From Octopus sinensis (Eukaryota): a stretch of DNA of 64,000 nt. Under the pieces are notes generated by a model. The model saw only the letters and a list, made by a program, of their open reading frames with translations. It had not been told where the DNA came from and made no database searches. The stretch spans positions 29,760,001 through 29,824,000 of the forward strand of contig NC_042997.1 of assembly GCF_006345805.1 (NCBI RefSeq). The letters run 5' to 3'. Numbering within the stretch: position 1 is the stretch's first letter; the number at the start of each line of letters is the position of its first letter. The translations under genes and the position numbers were made by a program. Shown in pieces: positions 41,201 to 52,467 of this stretch.

Positions 41201-41703
41201 AGGTCTCTGAGGCATTTGCATCCCCTTCTGTTTCTGTCTCTACCCACGTAGTCTACATGCGTGTCCAAGGTAGCATTCCAATCCCCCACTAAGAGTAAAG
41301 GACGAGACGTTCCCAAGAATACTTCTAGACGTCGAAAGAAATCCGCCCGACCTGTTAAGGGCGGTGCGTAGACTGATACGAGTCGAAAAGCGCACCCATT
41401 GCTGCCGTCAACATCCAGAACGATCAGTCTACCCTCCGGGTCTACGAATATCGTCTTGACTTCGAGATCCAGGCTCTTGTGAAAAAGTACCGCGGTGCCA
41501 CTACCGCCCATCCTCGGCAGACAGGGAGCGAAATAAATGTTAAACTGTCCGCCAAACATGGACTTTAGGGCCCGTGGCTCGTGGAGTCTGGTCTCACTTA
41601 TGGCTATGATTCCCAAATCATGTGACTTGATGTCATTTAGGAGGTATCCTTGTTTCCAAGGAGACCCCAAGCCACGCGCATTCACACAACCAATCTTGAC
41701 CAT
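38299..41703 (-). CDS. LINE ORF2: APE endonuclease, reverse transcriptase and C-terminal zinc motif (1134 aa, probably frameshifted only near the C-terminus)
   Basis: NARGL, SETRL, GDWN, SYLDRI, SDH-like TDH (APE); FRPITLLNAD, DQSKAFD, QGCPLS, YADD (RT); CPRCGQSDETALHAIVQCP. Confidence 0.93.
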   Translation of the reverse strand: MVKIGCVNARGLGSPWKQGYLLNDIKSHDLGIIAISETRLHEPRALKSMFGGQFNIYFAPCLPRMGGSGTAVLFHKSLDLEVKTIFVDPEGRLIVLDVDGSNGCAFRLVSVYAPPLTGRADFFRRLEVFLGTSRPLLLVGDWNATLDTHVDYVGRDRNRRGCKCLRDLLRRFQLSDRYRLDHPNAPTWTWSNRSGSSRSYLDRILCRTVDKDNLGCPQFHTVSYTDHKLVTCTLDLDKAHRQGPGYWKLNASFPSRQVFRDRISTLVKRALTGAIINNKWWFALKRAVKAEAIRYSKALAIDRNRVEGELVKKLEEAIRSGIASDVLAARLALDQHFNAKHEGCAVRARMRALRNEGVGAAREARVAEAQQGNKATIRSLVDEQGRELLEPSKMCEAFQQHFARLFGTSGGQERRVDFSAYLHSLPRLSTRKAGCCEGAITAAEVREAMAECSRDKSPGLDGLPYEFYYCMPDLFGDVLAAVYCNWQQNGSIPGFVSRGAVTLLKKDPNKGNIIDNFRPITLLNADLKMLTKVLAKRLALVMEKLVDNAQTCDVPGRSIHDNLHLMRYIIDRVVNEPVMGGALINLDQSKAFDRLDHRYLEAVLRAAGFGPVFRGWIAALYRGIRSVIRVNGHLSRPFDIARSVRQGCPLSALLYVLTLEPLLRKLATLRGIPRELGCGTSVSAYADDVTVIVSSHEHIERVGETLKDYEAVTGAKINREKSVGLRLGTWRSKPMPSTSTSVVGRWTDGPVELLGVWFGPDLQMEKNWNEITSRVVTLAQQWAERKLSLKGRAEVVNAYIASIIYYRLTVVPCPDPTITKLERILFRFLWKGCVPMVRRSICCQHPLKGGLGMPWLMMRRHALRLRHLRLYVDDGEQVWSPFVRHAFPQLVSMTELQSWIKKRPKKGEWHRECRVALKQLCRPGSTLSDFNTTKAFYRGLVEGRYDDELGANLGVDEEYLTRLFQTTFGPGPMDNFQRSLAWRCYREALPVRDKLYRHGSRNTGPTCPRCGQSDETALHAIVQCPAISHLWAYVERLLSRVGRVGLSAESIVNIVTPPSFKREGSYFIILVAMAKECIWWTRLKGLETNTFLSGQSLINFFKYHLKKKVRVERQVLSSECFKKNGECSKDGTYE

Positions 41704-41753
41704 GATTCTATTGGGGTGTGTGCTTTAAAACACACAAATGAAAGTACAGAGAG

Positions 41754-43862
41754 TTACTTACTTGTGTCGAAAGTTTTGGCTTCCTCGTTCTTTGATGTGT
41801 CTTCGAGGAGGTTTCTATATAGTTTTTGGGACAGATATTTCTGGAAACCCCCTACAGCATTTGGGAAGAGGGCTTTGAGTTTGTGGTGTTGTGTTTGTGT
41901 GATGTGTAGTATTTTGATGTGTTTGGGTGGTGTAGTGCGTGGATGATTGCTATTTTTAAAGTCATCTTCACAAATGTTTGTGTATCCTGTGATGTACTCC
42001 ATTAGTTTGGAGTCTTTTGTGTCTATCGCTGATAGCATTGTTTTTGTGGTGTTGGTGCTTGTTTTGTTGTGTATGGAGTTTTCAGGGTTCAGGTATCTCC
42101 CTGCTTTGGTTGCGATTTCTTGTTTGGTTTTTCTTGATCTTTTTCTTTTACCCCCTGTGGCTATTTGCCATTCTGTCGAACTTTCATCGTTAGATGAAAA
42201 GTCTGACGAATCAGCAGGGGGCAAGGGTAAAGCGTCTGGGTGTGTTTGTGCGGTTGTAGATATTGTTGTGGTGCGCGGGGAGGGTGTTGCTGGGGGGTTT
42301 GTTGTGGTTATTGTCTCTCCTACATCCTTGGTGCTTGTCTTCTTCGTTGTTATTCTTGGTGTTGGAATTGGTTTATTTGTTGTTGGTGGTGATGATTCTG
42401 TTCTTGGCGCTGGTGTTGGTGTTGTTTGGTTGGGTTGGTTTGTTCTTTGTTGTTTTTCCTGCATTTCCGCATACAGCTTCTTGACTAGCTGTCCATATTT
42501 GGTGTGGGCAATAATCCTGGCTTTTGTGATTTTTCCTGTGGCTGTTGTTGTTGTTGTAATTTTGCGGCAGATTTGCACTCCTTTTGAGGTGTGCCTCACT
42601 GCCACATGTATAGCATCGTGGCCTTCTGCCCTCGACTACTACGTATAACTTGCGGCCATCCTCAAGATGTACGTGGGTGGGGATTTTATTTATGTCCTCT
42701 TGACTTATGTGGAAGAGGAACTCTATTCTCTTTCCCAGCCAGTCCTTGTTTTCCGAAACACCGATATCTAGGATGTTTATGTCCTCCATTTCGGATGTTA
42801 CGGCGGATGTAATCCACAGTGTTGTAGTCACTTAGGGGACACCACTGATAATGACTTTCGTCACCTTCTGGCCGAGTTAACTCGGTGTCAACGTTAGTTC
42901 GTCAGAATGAAGGGTAATCGTTGAGAATTTCTTCGCCAACTCTTCATTCTGAAAAACCACCTGTACGTGTGCGAACTTGTTCGCCCAAGTCACACAATCC
43001 TTGTATCCCCAGATGGGGCGTAAACACTTTTCGACTTTGTCTGTGCTTGCCTTTTCTGGACTTTTTGTTTTTTTATTTGTGATTTTATATACAATTGTCT
43101 TTTTTTTCTCCTCATTCAGTATGTGCTGAGGTATGTGTAAGAGTATTTTCCGTTTTGATTTGTAATAAGGTTTCTGCAATCTTTAATCTGTTGTGTAGTA
43201 AACGAAACTTTTGTTACCTTTTCTTTTATCGCCTCGGCGAAGTTTGTTGTTGTTTTGTTATTGTTGTTACTGTTGATGTTGATGGCAGGGGTGTGGGTTG
43301 TAGGTTTGTGGTTGCTGATTATGCAACTAGCAAGGGGTGGAAAATTGCCTGCGTAATTTAGTCCTGCATTAGCGCAAATTTCGGCATTTCGTTTGCTTGT
43401 CGTCGTTATTTTTTCACTTGTTGGTGATGGAGTGAGCAGTGGTTGAAGGGAATTGTTGTTGTCGTCGTCGTCGTCGTTGTTGTTGTTGTTGTTGTTGTTG
43501 TTGTTATTGTCGTTCTTGGTGACGGCGGTGGTTTTAGTAGTATTAGTAGCATTGACGGCACGGTCTTTGGTGGCGGTGATGGTGATGTTGGTATTGTTAT
43601 TGGTGGCGACGTCTTTAGTAGGGATAGCAGTTTTAGTAGCAGATTCTGCCATGGTGTTGTTGTCGGTGTTGGTGGTGGTGGTGGACTCACTGATGGTGTT
43701 GACGGTGCTTGGCCTTGCGACCTTTGTTTTGTATTTGTTGCTGTTGTCGATGTTGATGGTGGCGGAGTTGTCAGGTTCAGCGTAAGGTAACAGAGCATCC
43801 TGTTTTTCTGCCTCTGCGTCACGGTTGACTTGCACCTCAGCCTCGTGGTGACCAGTGGCCAT
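41754..43862 (-). pseudogene. LINE ORF1 (Thr/Asn-rich N-terminus, RRM-like region, zinc knuckle), broken by about three frameshifts
   Basis: Pieces 43116-43892, 42877-43179, 42373-42831 (VEGRRPRCYTCGSEAHLKRS) and 41754-42605; ATG at 43862. Confidence 0.85.
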
Positions 43863-44085
43863 TTTGGAAATAAAATGGCTAAATGAAACCACGAAGGCTA
43901 TGAGAATTTTTTCTTTTAAATTTTGCCCACAAGGGGCAAAATTTTGTGGAGATATTTATCAAAGGTTTACAGTGGATGTTGTTGCACAACTTTTAAACAC
44001 AAAATATTTCACAATAAATAATTTTCAACGTACAAAATGACCAACTTACGTGGAGCCCATTTGACTAGCGTCCGTCCGTCCGTCC

Positions 44086-44199
44086 ATAGATAGATAGATA
44101 GATAGATAGATATATACATAGATAAGTAGATAGCTAGGTAGGTAGGTAGGTAGGTAGGTAGACAGACAGACAGCCAGACAGACCGACAGACAGATATAT

Positions 44200-44272
<73 letters not shown>

Positions 44273-44286
44273 CGTAGGTAGGTAGG

Positions 44287-44336
<50 letters not shown>

Positions 44337-44351
44337 GATAGATAGATAGAC

Positions 44352-44394
<43 letters not shown>

Positions 44395-44402
44395 CAGATA
44401 GG

Positions 44403-44425
<23 letters not shown>
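44086..44425. repeat. (GATA)n array at the Tx1 5' flank
   Basis: Direct reading. Confidence 0.95.
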
Positions 44426-44434
<9 letters not shown>

Positions 44435-44785
44435 CAGATAAAGAGAGAGAAAGAGAAAGAGAGAATGAGAGTGAGTGAGGGAGAGAAAAAGAGAGAGTAA
44501 CAGGAAGATAGATAGATACATGCCTGCACACATATACGTGTTTATCTGTTTCAGTCTTTGCACTGCAGCTACGCTCGGGCACCGCTTTGATTGAATTTAG
44601 GCAAGTGAATCAACCCATTACTCATTCTAGTTCGGTGGCATTTACTACCGAACTACTAAATAATGGTTGTCAAGCCTGATGGTGGACTCACACAAACTTG
44701 GCACACACACATACACATATATATACACAAACATCCTTACAGACATTCATAAATGCAAAAGTACACGCACGCTTTCACACACGTT

Positions 44786-44836
<51 letters not shown>

Positions 44837-44980
44837 AATAAGTACTAGTACCATGTGCAATAGCATTACTTTTAATTCTTACGAGAATATTATTGGATTT
44901 ATATATTAACTGTTGAATAACCTATTTTGAATGCCTGAGAGCAAACCGGTAAATTTTGGAGTAACCGCTTACTATTTACA

Positions 44981-45060
<80 letters not shown>

Positions 45061-45332
45061 TGTGTATTGTTACGAGAGATAAACAACGTTATTTGATCAA
45101 GTGACAGATTTCAAGCATGCTGAGCGACTTTTATTTTCTGCGTTCTTGTTGTCAGTTAAACAAATTGAACTGATGAGGAAACGTGTGCTATCACCTGGCA
45201 ACGTAAACAGTTATTATGAAGTTGGTAATGGAGATGGTGTAATGATGCGATGTGACGAATCGCAGTGAACCGGGGCGATAAAAAAACCACGTTACACAAA
45301 ACATCCAGCCAGGTGGATGTTTTGTGTAACAT

Positions 45333-45748
45333 AGGCGCAGGAGTGGCTGTGTGGTAAGTAGCTTGCCTACCAACCACATGGTTCAGGGTTCAGTCCCACT
45401 GCGTGGCATCTTGGGCAAGTGTCTTCTGCTATAGCCCCGGGCCGACCAATGCCTTGTGAGTGGATTTGGTAGACGGAAACTAAAAGAAGCCTGTCGTATA
45501 TATGTATATATATAAGTGTGTGTGTGTGTGTTTGTGTGTCTGTGTTTGTCCCCCTAGCATTGCTTGACAACCGATGCTGGTGTGTTTACGTCCCCGTCAC
45601 TTAGCGGTTCGGCAAAAGAGACCGATAGAATAAGTACTGGGCTTACAAAGAATAAGTCCCGGGGTCGATTTGCTCGACTAAAGGCGGTGCTCCAGCATGG
45701 CCGCAGTCAAATGACTGAAACAAGTTTAAGAGTAAAAGAGTAAAAGAG
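45333..45748 (+). mobile_element. Full-length tRNA-derived SINE (family A) with an internal microsatellite and (AAAGAGT)n tail
   Basis: A-box TGGCTGTGTGG, B-box GGTTCAGTCCC; homologous to 58138-58562. Confidence 0.9.
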
Positions 45749-45879
45749 GCATGAGTAATTCTTCTACTCTAAACAAGCTGGCTTGCTGGGCTGTAGTTTC
45801 CCAGCTGCTGACTTGATTGCTGGAGCCGTGTTCGTATCAGGAGGCCGCATTTTGCAACATTTCGTATCTGAAGTGGGTT

Positions 45880-48800
45880 TTTTATTGCAGCAGTAGGTCA
45901 ATTATTCGTCATGGAATTGAAGGTGTGCATACAAAGAAAAGTCTGGGAAGCAAAAGATGTCTCTGGCTGCGACCACGAATGTATTAAAAGACCAAAGTGT
46001 TAGACTGACTGAGTTTAAAGAAGAGCAGAAGCCGTAGGCAGTTGAGCAAATGCATGAGAAGAATGAAGGATCAACAGAAGTTGCAAGAAGAACCAAAACA
46101 GTTCAAGAAAAAGTACGAGAATGATTACAGTAGTTCAGACATGAGGTGAATGATGATATTACGTGGTGCAAGCAATATGTAGATGAACAAGTTGAAAATA
46201 TTTAATGAGAGAATGAAGGCCCTAGGATAGTTTTCTTCTGATGAGCCTCATGATGGTCTGCAGTGACTGTGGAAATGGTGGACATGTACTGGATTTTGAA
46301 AATTGCCAAATCCCTCGAGTTGCTCTTATTACGGGAATGAGTGTTCCTGCAGGTGGTAAATAGGCAGTTTTGGATACTGGACTGAATCGTGAGGTTTCAG
46401 TATTTAGACCTCGATCCAATGAAGTGGAAGGCCGCAATAAGGTTTCCCAATAAAACTTTGACGGCAATGCGTCACGGGAGTCCTATCGTGTCCAGTTTGA
46501 ACTGCTGGCTGACTAAAATGGGTGGGTCGATGGGCAAACAGCAGTTCAGCTTGCCACTAGTCTAAATGGCGATGCACTAGAGGTGCTGAGTCACGCTGTC
46601 AGTGACAGGCAGAAGCTGTTTATTTTTCACTAGTTAAAGTGTTACAGGGACGATATGGTGCTATGTCTCAGAGCGAAATGTAGAAGGCAAGAAGGGAATC
46701 ACTACAGCTGCTTGCCCAGAACCTGGATATCGTGACACGTGAGGTATACCCTACGGCAACACCTGACCTCTTGGCTCTTGTTCTGAAAGTCCAGTTTATT
46801 GATGCTCTGGGCTGTGAAGAGCTCGAATTTCAAGTAAATAGGCACAAATAAATACTATGCAAGAGACTCTGACTAGAGCTCTGGAATTAGAATCATATGT
46901 AAGGTCTCCCTCAGGAAGATTCCAAGTGGGCCACAGTTCCGGATTCAAAGAAAGAACTGGGCAATTACGTGAAGCAGGAAGATGAAAGTTGTTGGCATTT
47001 CGAGGAGATAGGACATCAAAGAAGTGGCTGTTAGAAGAAGAAAGCGCAAGAGATGGTTGGAGGAATTTTCTAGTACTGTGGAAAGTTAGAACACAAGGGG
47101 CAAGATTGTTACAGCCTAAAAAGAGAAGAAAAGCGAGACGATAGTAGAAATTTTACATTTAGGAGAGAGTGCTGGACACGTGGTAAAAAAAGACATCGAA
47201 GTTTTCACAGCCCTGCAAGAAAAGCGAGTAAGAAGGTAACAAAAGATAAAGGTGAGTCGGGAAACTAGAAGGGGCTGGTATTAAGGGGCAACGGCCCGCC
47301 GAGTAAACCAGAGAAACACCACCTATGAGAGGATGTAAAAGGACTGAAGTTGACATCATAAAAGTGAATGAATTTTATGAGAGAATGGGGGCCGTAGAAT
47401 TGTGAGAATGCTGGGCGTCAATCCCAGAGAGGATTGATGCCCACAGGTGTCCCTTTGTGACTGATTTGTCCTCGGAGCAGACCTTTGTGAGATCTTAGAT
47501 GTTACAGCATCGATACCTACCAGATTCATGACAGCAGTTGTTTGGTGTTACCAGGCACCATACTGAAATGAGGGGACCGGTTGCTGTCTCGATTGAAGTT
47601 GCATGACAAGAGGTCGTGCTTCCTGTCTATGTAGTGGCGATGGAGAACCCTTGACTCTTGGGTCTGGACTACTTGGCGTCCATGAGGTGTCTGTTGGACT
47701 TCTGTGCCATGAAGCTTTGCGTGCAAGGAAGATCAGTCCGTGTCGAGATGGTAAAGCGGACCACTACTTGTGGTGATATGAGAGCCTTCCGAGATCTATG
47801 TTGCAGTGGAGTGTGAGTGACTCATTTGATGGCTGCCTGGTGACAGTGGAGCCCGACAAACAATGCAGAAAGAAGGCAAGAATTATGATGGGACGAACCC
47901 TGGTGGACGTGGGGGGAAATGCTCAGGAAACTGTGGAAAATGGAATTCTAGATAAAGATTTCGTCAGTCATTTACAGAAAGGCGTTGATGACTTGTTGGA
48001 AGATGTTGGCAAAGCAGTCAGAGATGAAGATGAAAATGATGTGAAATCTCTTCTCAATGTCATGATTGTAAAGCTAAATGTAAAGGTCCATTTCCTTGAA
48101 ATCGTACGTTCTGAGAGAGAAGTCAACATGGAAAGATATTTGAGAAATAAAAGGAATATAGAGTCAGAATTGCAAAATGTCCATTAGAACTTTGTAGATG
48201 ATACTAAAAAATGTCCATGAAGTTACAGAAAAGCATACACAGTATTTGCAGGAACGTGATAGGAAGAGCTTGAACTACAATACAGATATTTTAATGAAAG
48301 AAAATGAAGCTAAAATAGCATGTGTCTTCGATGAACAGTAACAAAAGCCGAGTGTCAGAAAATAAATTTCAGCTGATCCAGGAAATTAACGAACTAAATG
48401 CGACTATCTTAGAGATAAACTACGAACGGGATGTGATAAAGCGCAACATGCGTAATGGGATTGCTGTTATGGAAGAGGAAATGTCTTCCAACTCACAAGA
48501 TTTGAAATGAAACTTCAGTATTTTGAGGATGGAAATCATTACGCTGTGGTTGAATTAAATTGAATTAAAGAAGCTTCTCAATTCACGGAAAATTCGCAGA
48601 AGATGGAAAGAAGAATGCAGTACAATATGAAAGAAATACGAGATAATGAAACAAATTCGATTTGAGCTGAAACGCTACAATTCTGAACTGGAATCTTTTT
48701 GCAAGAGTTTCAAGTAAAATGACGGAGAGTGGACGGGTTTTGAAAGATTACACAGCCAAAATACAAAACATGGTATAGGATTTTAACTTAACCGCTTTGT

Positions 48801-49260
48801 TGATGGCATATTGTTTCGCACCGCATGAGTCTACTGGCTATACATCTGCAACGCTGAAGTTGGGCCACGAGGTGAAACTCTCTGTTCATCTGTTCATGGG
48901 AAGACTACAAGGAAAAGAACTCCATAATGAAACGGTTAGCTGTGAGGTACATCTTCGACAGAGACTGAGAGAGATACACCAGCACGTTAGGGAAGCTCTA
49001 AAGTGTTCGGGTGGGGTTATGAAATGTCTTGGCTTGCGAGATGAACTTAAAGGAGGGAAATGAAGTGTGGTTGTATCATCCTCAGGAGAAGAAGAGACAT
49101 TCACCGAAGCTGCAGAATCCGTGGGAAGTACCCTATGCTGTGATGAATCAACTGTCCGATGTGACGTAGCGGACTTTAGGAAGAAAGATTTCTCATCTTA
49201 AGATCGTGTATTTAAACGGTCTGTGGAAGTTTTATAGGCCTGGCCAGTTCAGCTGGGACC
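45880..49260 (+). mobile_element. Degraded Gypsy-type LTR retrotransposon internal region
   Basis: PBS-like tctgaagtggg at ~45870; gag FDGNASRESYRVQFELLA..LATSLNGDALEVL; two degenerate zinc knuckles near 46990-47110; protease-like CPFVTDLSSEQTFVR; integrase C-terminus LMAY..PHESTG, VWLYHPQEKKRHSPKLQNPWEVPY; no matching LTR pair found. Confidence 0.8.
47950..48740 (+). pseudogene. Disrupted coiled-coil-like coding segment lying where Gypsy RT/RNaseH should be
   Basis: E/K/N-rich broken frames (EREVNMERYLRNKRNIESELQNV, QLIQEINELNATILEINYERDVIK); I found no RT, RNaseH or integrase-core motifs. Confidence 0.42.
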
Positions 49261-49908
49261 CCACTAAGAGGTTGACAAATTTATTGACGAAGGCACTTAG
49301 GAAGACCAATGAGAACTGCAAGAGCTAGATAATCACTGTAAGGAAGAATAACGAGAGGGAGTAGTGAACCAAGATAAGCATCAAGAGATAACAGTGTAAT
49401 TGGATCCAAGTGGGGAGAAAAAAAAACGTCCCCAGAAGCGGCAAACGAGAAAAACCCTATAAGTTCAAGTATTATTTCCTGTATGATTAAAGAATGTACT
49501 CTTAGGAATTTATTAGTTATAAGTGTTGCATACATCTGTCGGATCGAAAAAGGTCTGGAGAGTGAGTAGTACTGTCCGTTTTTATTTTTGTGCGTCTTTG
49601 TTGTGAGGTGGACGATTTGAACTGGTGAGGGAACACGTGGTATCAGTTGGCGGCGTGAACAATCAGTGTGAAGTTCTCAACGACGACAGTCGGTGTAAAT
49701 ATGGCGATGTGACCATTCGATGCGAACCTCGGCGACGAACCACATTACACAAAACATTCCAGTCGGGTACGTCTTCTACCACTTCCACACTAAGCAAGTT
49801 GGTTTACTGACACATATATGTCAAAATATATATGTATTGTTATGTGTATGCACGCAAACACCCATGTGTATATGAGGATAAATTTCCGTACACATATATA
49901 TACATATA

Positions 49909-49952
<44 letters not shown>

Positions 49953-50313
49953 GTGTGTGTGTGCGTGCATGTGTGTGTAGATATGTGTGTATGTGCTTGT
50001 ACGTATAGATGTTTGTGTGAGTATGTACGTATGTAAACGTTATGAACGCAGTTTTGAGAATATGGTTGCGTGTATCTTTTTAATCATTTTTCTGTTTTCT
50101 TTTTCTGCCTATTAGAGTAACTCCCCTTTTATTCAACGGTTTTTCATAACGTATATTGCCATTAATAGCCGACGAGAGTGTATCGTAACTCTTCGCTCCG
50201 ACATTCGAAGCTCCGAGCACCATAATGACAACTTGCTGTTTGTTCTAAATTGTAACACACACACACACACACACACACACAAATATACATATATATATAT
50301 ATATGTATGTATG

Positions 50314-50377
<64 letters not shown>

Positions 50378-50450
50378 GACAGACAGACAGACAAGAGTGT
50401 GTGTGTGTGTCTGTTAGGTGCGCTGTACAGGAATTGAGTATTGAGAAAAG

Positions 50451-50648
50451 AGTCGTCAGAATCTTGGAAAAAATAATCTTTTTTATTTCTTCATTGTTAT
50501 TAGCGCTTTCGCTCGTTTCGCGAACTTGTCAAAAAAATTTTGTGAATGTACAAACAGCGTGTGCAATTACATAAAACATATGTTTTAGGGGTTTTGTTTA
50601 GAAGAGAACATTGATTTTGTTTTGGGGGGCGTGGTTCCATGACAATGG

Positions 50649-50703
<55 letters not shown>

Positions 50704-51057
50704 AATATAGGTAGGTAGATAGGCTGATAGATAGAAAGAGAGAGAGGCACAGAGAGAGAGAGAGAGAGAGAGGGCTCAGAGAGAGGAAGAAAGAAAAAGG
50801 GGATTCCATTTCTGTTCATCATTCATTTCTTTAAGTCATTTACCATTGTATTGGAGTGGGTTTGTCAAGGAAGCTCACTCCAAAAACAAAAACAATGTTC
50901 TCTTCTTCTAACCAACACTCCCAAAAAACATGTTTTATATAAATGAACAAACTGTTTGGACATTTAAATATTTAATTTCACAAGTTCGAGAAAGGAACGA
51001 AAGCGCTAATAAATAATGAAGAAATTAAAACAATAATTTTTTTCCAGACTGACGACT
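50451..51057. repeat. Fold-back element: ~200-bp diverged inverted arms around GATA/GA microsatellites, probably PLE pLTR-derived
   Basis: 50451-50648 is a diverged reverse complement of 50843-51057; each arm has a hammerhead-like relic ending GAAAGCGCTA. Confidence 0.75.
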
Positions 51058-51329
51058 TTCTCTCTCTCTCTCTCTAAATTATATATATATATATATATCT
51101 TTATATATTAGTCAATATAGGGTAGCAAAAAAATTCAATAGAAATTTATCGCTACCAGCGGCCTGATGGAAAAGAGAAAATAGTCAACGACTAAATATAT
51201 ATATATAACAATTTAGGAGTGACCCTAACAGGTCATTCGTCCACCAGAAAGAGCAGCCATAACTCACACCGCCAAGTAGTAGTAATTCAGAAATTAGGTG
51301 AAAATTTAAAAACATTTACCCCAATTCAT

Positions 51330-51427
51330 CTTTTAGACGTTGCAACGTTTCTGTGTCATTAATGATTAAATTATTAATTAAATTAAATTAAGCCAATCTA
51401 CCATAGGTTACACTTCATCAGTAAAAA
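51330..51427 (-). ncRNA. Type I hammerhead ribozyme motif, copy 1
   Basis: Reverse complement of the plus-strand motifs; CUGAUGA at 51421-51415, GUC at 51338-51336. Confidence 0.75.
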
Positions 51428-51896
51428 ACCTGGGAGAGACAAATATACACGAGGCGTCTGTATCGATGCCTACGGAATATAGTCTTAAAATTTTCAAGAC
51501 TGACGTATTCGCGCCAAACTTATCAGCAGTAAATATAAACTGCCGATTCAATCTCAGAATTATTCAGAAAATTATCAATTAGTCAATATAGGGTAGCAAA
51601 AAAATTCAATAGAAATTTATCGCTACCAGCGGCCTGATGGAAAAGAGAAAATAGTCAACGACTAAATATATATATATAACAATTTAGGAGTGACCCTAAC
51701 AGGTCATTCGTCCACCAGAAAGAGCAGCTACCCTATATTGACTAATTGATAATTTTCTGAATAATTCTGAGATTGAATCGGCAGTTTATATTTACTGCTG
51801 ATAAGTTTGGCGCGAATACGTCAGTCTTGAAAATTTTAAGACTATATTCCGTAGGCATCGATACAGACGCCTCGTGTATATTTGTCTCTCCCAGGT

Positions 51897-51996
51897 TTTT
51901 TACTGATGAAGTGTAACCTATGGTAGATTGGCTTAATTTAATTTAATTAAGCTAATTTAATCATTAATGACACAGAAACGTTGCAACGTCTAAAAG
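51897..51996 (+). ncRNA. Type I hammerhead ribozyme motif, copy 2
   Basis: Stem I UUUUA/UAAAA; CUGAUGA 51903-51909; stem II GUGU/ACAC with an A.A mismatch at 10.1-11.1 and a long hairpin insertion; GAAA 51975-51978; palindromic stem III ACGUUGCAACGU; GUC 51988-51990. Confidence 0.78.
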
Positions 51997-52370
51997 ATGA
52001 ATTGGGGTAAATGTTTTTAAATTTTCACCTAATTTCTGAATTACTACTACTTGGCGGTGTGAGTGAGTATGGCTGCTCTTTCTGGTGGACGAATGACCTG
52101 TTAGGGTCACTCCTAAATTGTTATATATATATTAGTCGTTGACTATTTTCTCTTTTCCATCAGGCCGCTGGTAGCGATAAATTTCTATTGAATTTTTTGC
52201 TACCCTATATTGACTAATTGATAATTTTCTGAATAATTCTGAGATTGAATCGGCAGTTTATATTTACTGCTGATAAGTTTGGCGCGAATACGTCAGTCTT
52301 GAAAAATTTTAAGACTATATTCCGTAGGCATCGATACAGACGCCTCGTGTATATTTGTTCTCTCCCAGGT

Positions 52371-52467
52371 TTTTTACTGATGAAGTGTAACCTATGGTAG
52401 ATTGGCTTAATTTAATTTAATTAAGCTAATTTAATCAATGACACAGAAACGTTGCAACGTCTAAAAG
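52371..52467 (+). ncRNA. Type I hammerhead ribozyme motif, copy 3
   Basis: CUGAUGA 52377-52383; GAAA 52446-52449; GUC 52459-52461. Confidence 0.78.

Larger units (their letters stand above)
37827..44069 (-). mobile_element. Tx1/L1-clade LINE copy 2, near full length (5' UTR, ORF1, ORF2, 3' UTR)
   Basis: Two-ORF layout, APE-RT-zinc ORF2 and CCHC ORF1; both ends lie in (GATA)n. Confidence 0.95.

Noticed and set aside
45333-45420. tRNA gene candidates (also 58480-58562, 61650-61715, 26660-26750)
   Set aside because: A/B boxes are present but there is no complete cloverleaf, and the heads continue into SINE bodies or repeat tails
49260-49810. 3' LTR of the Gypsy relic and the 61-aa ORF at 49625
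   Set aside because: No match to the sequence upstream of the PBS-like site; the ORF has no recognisable motif
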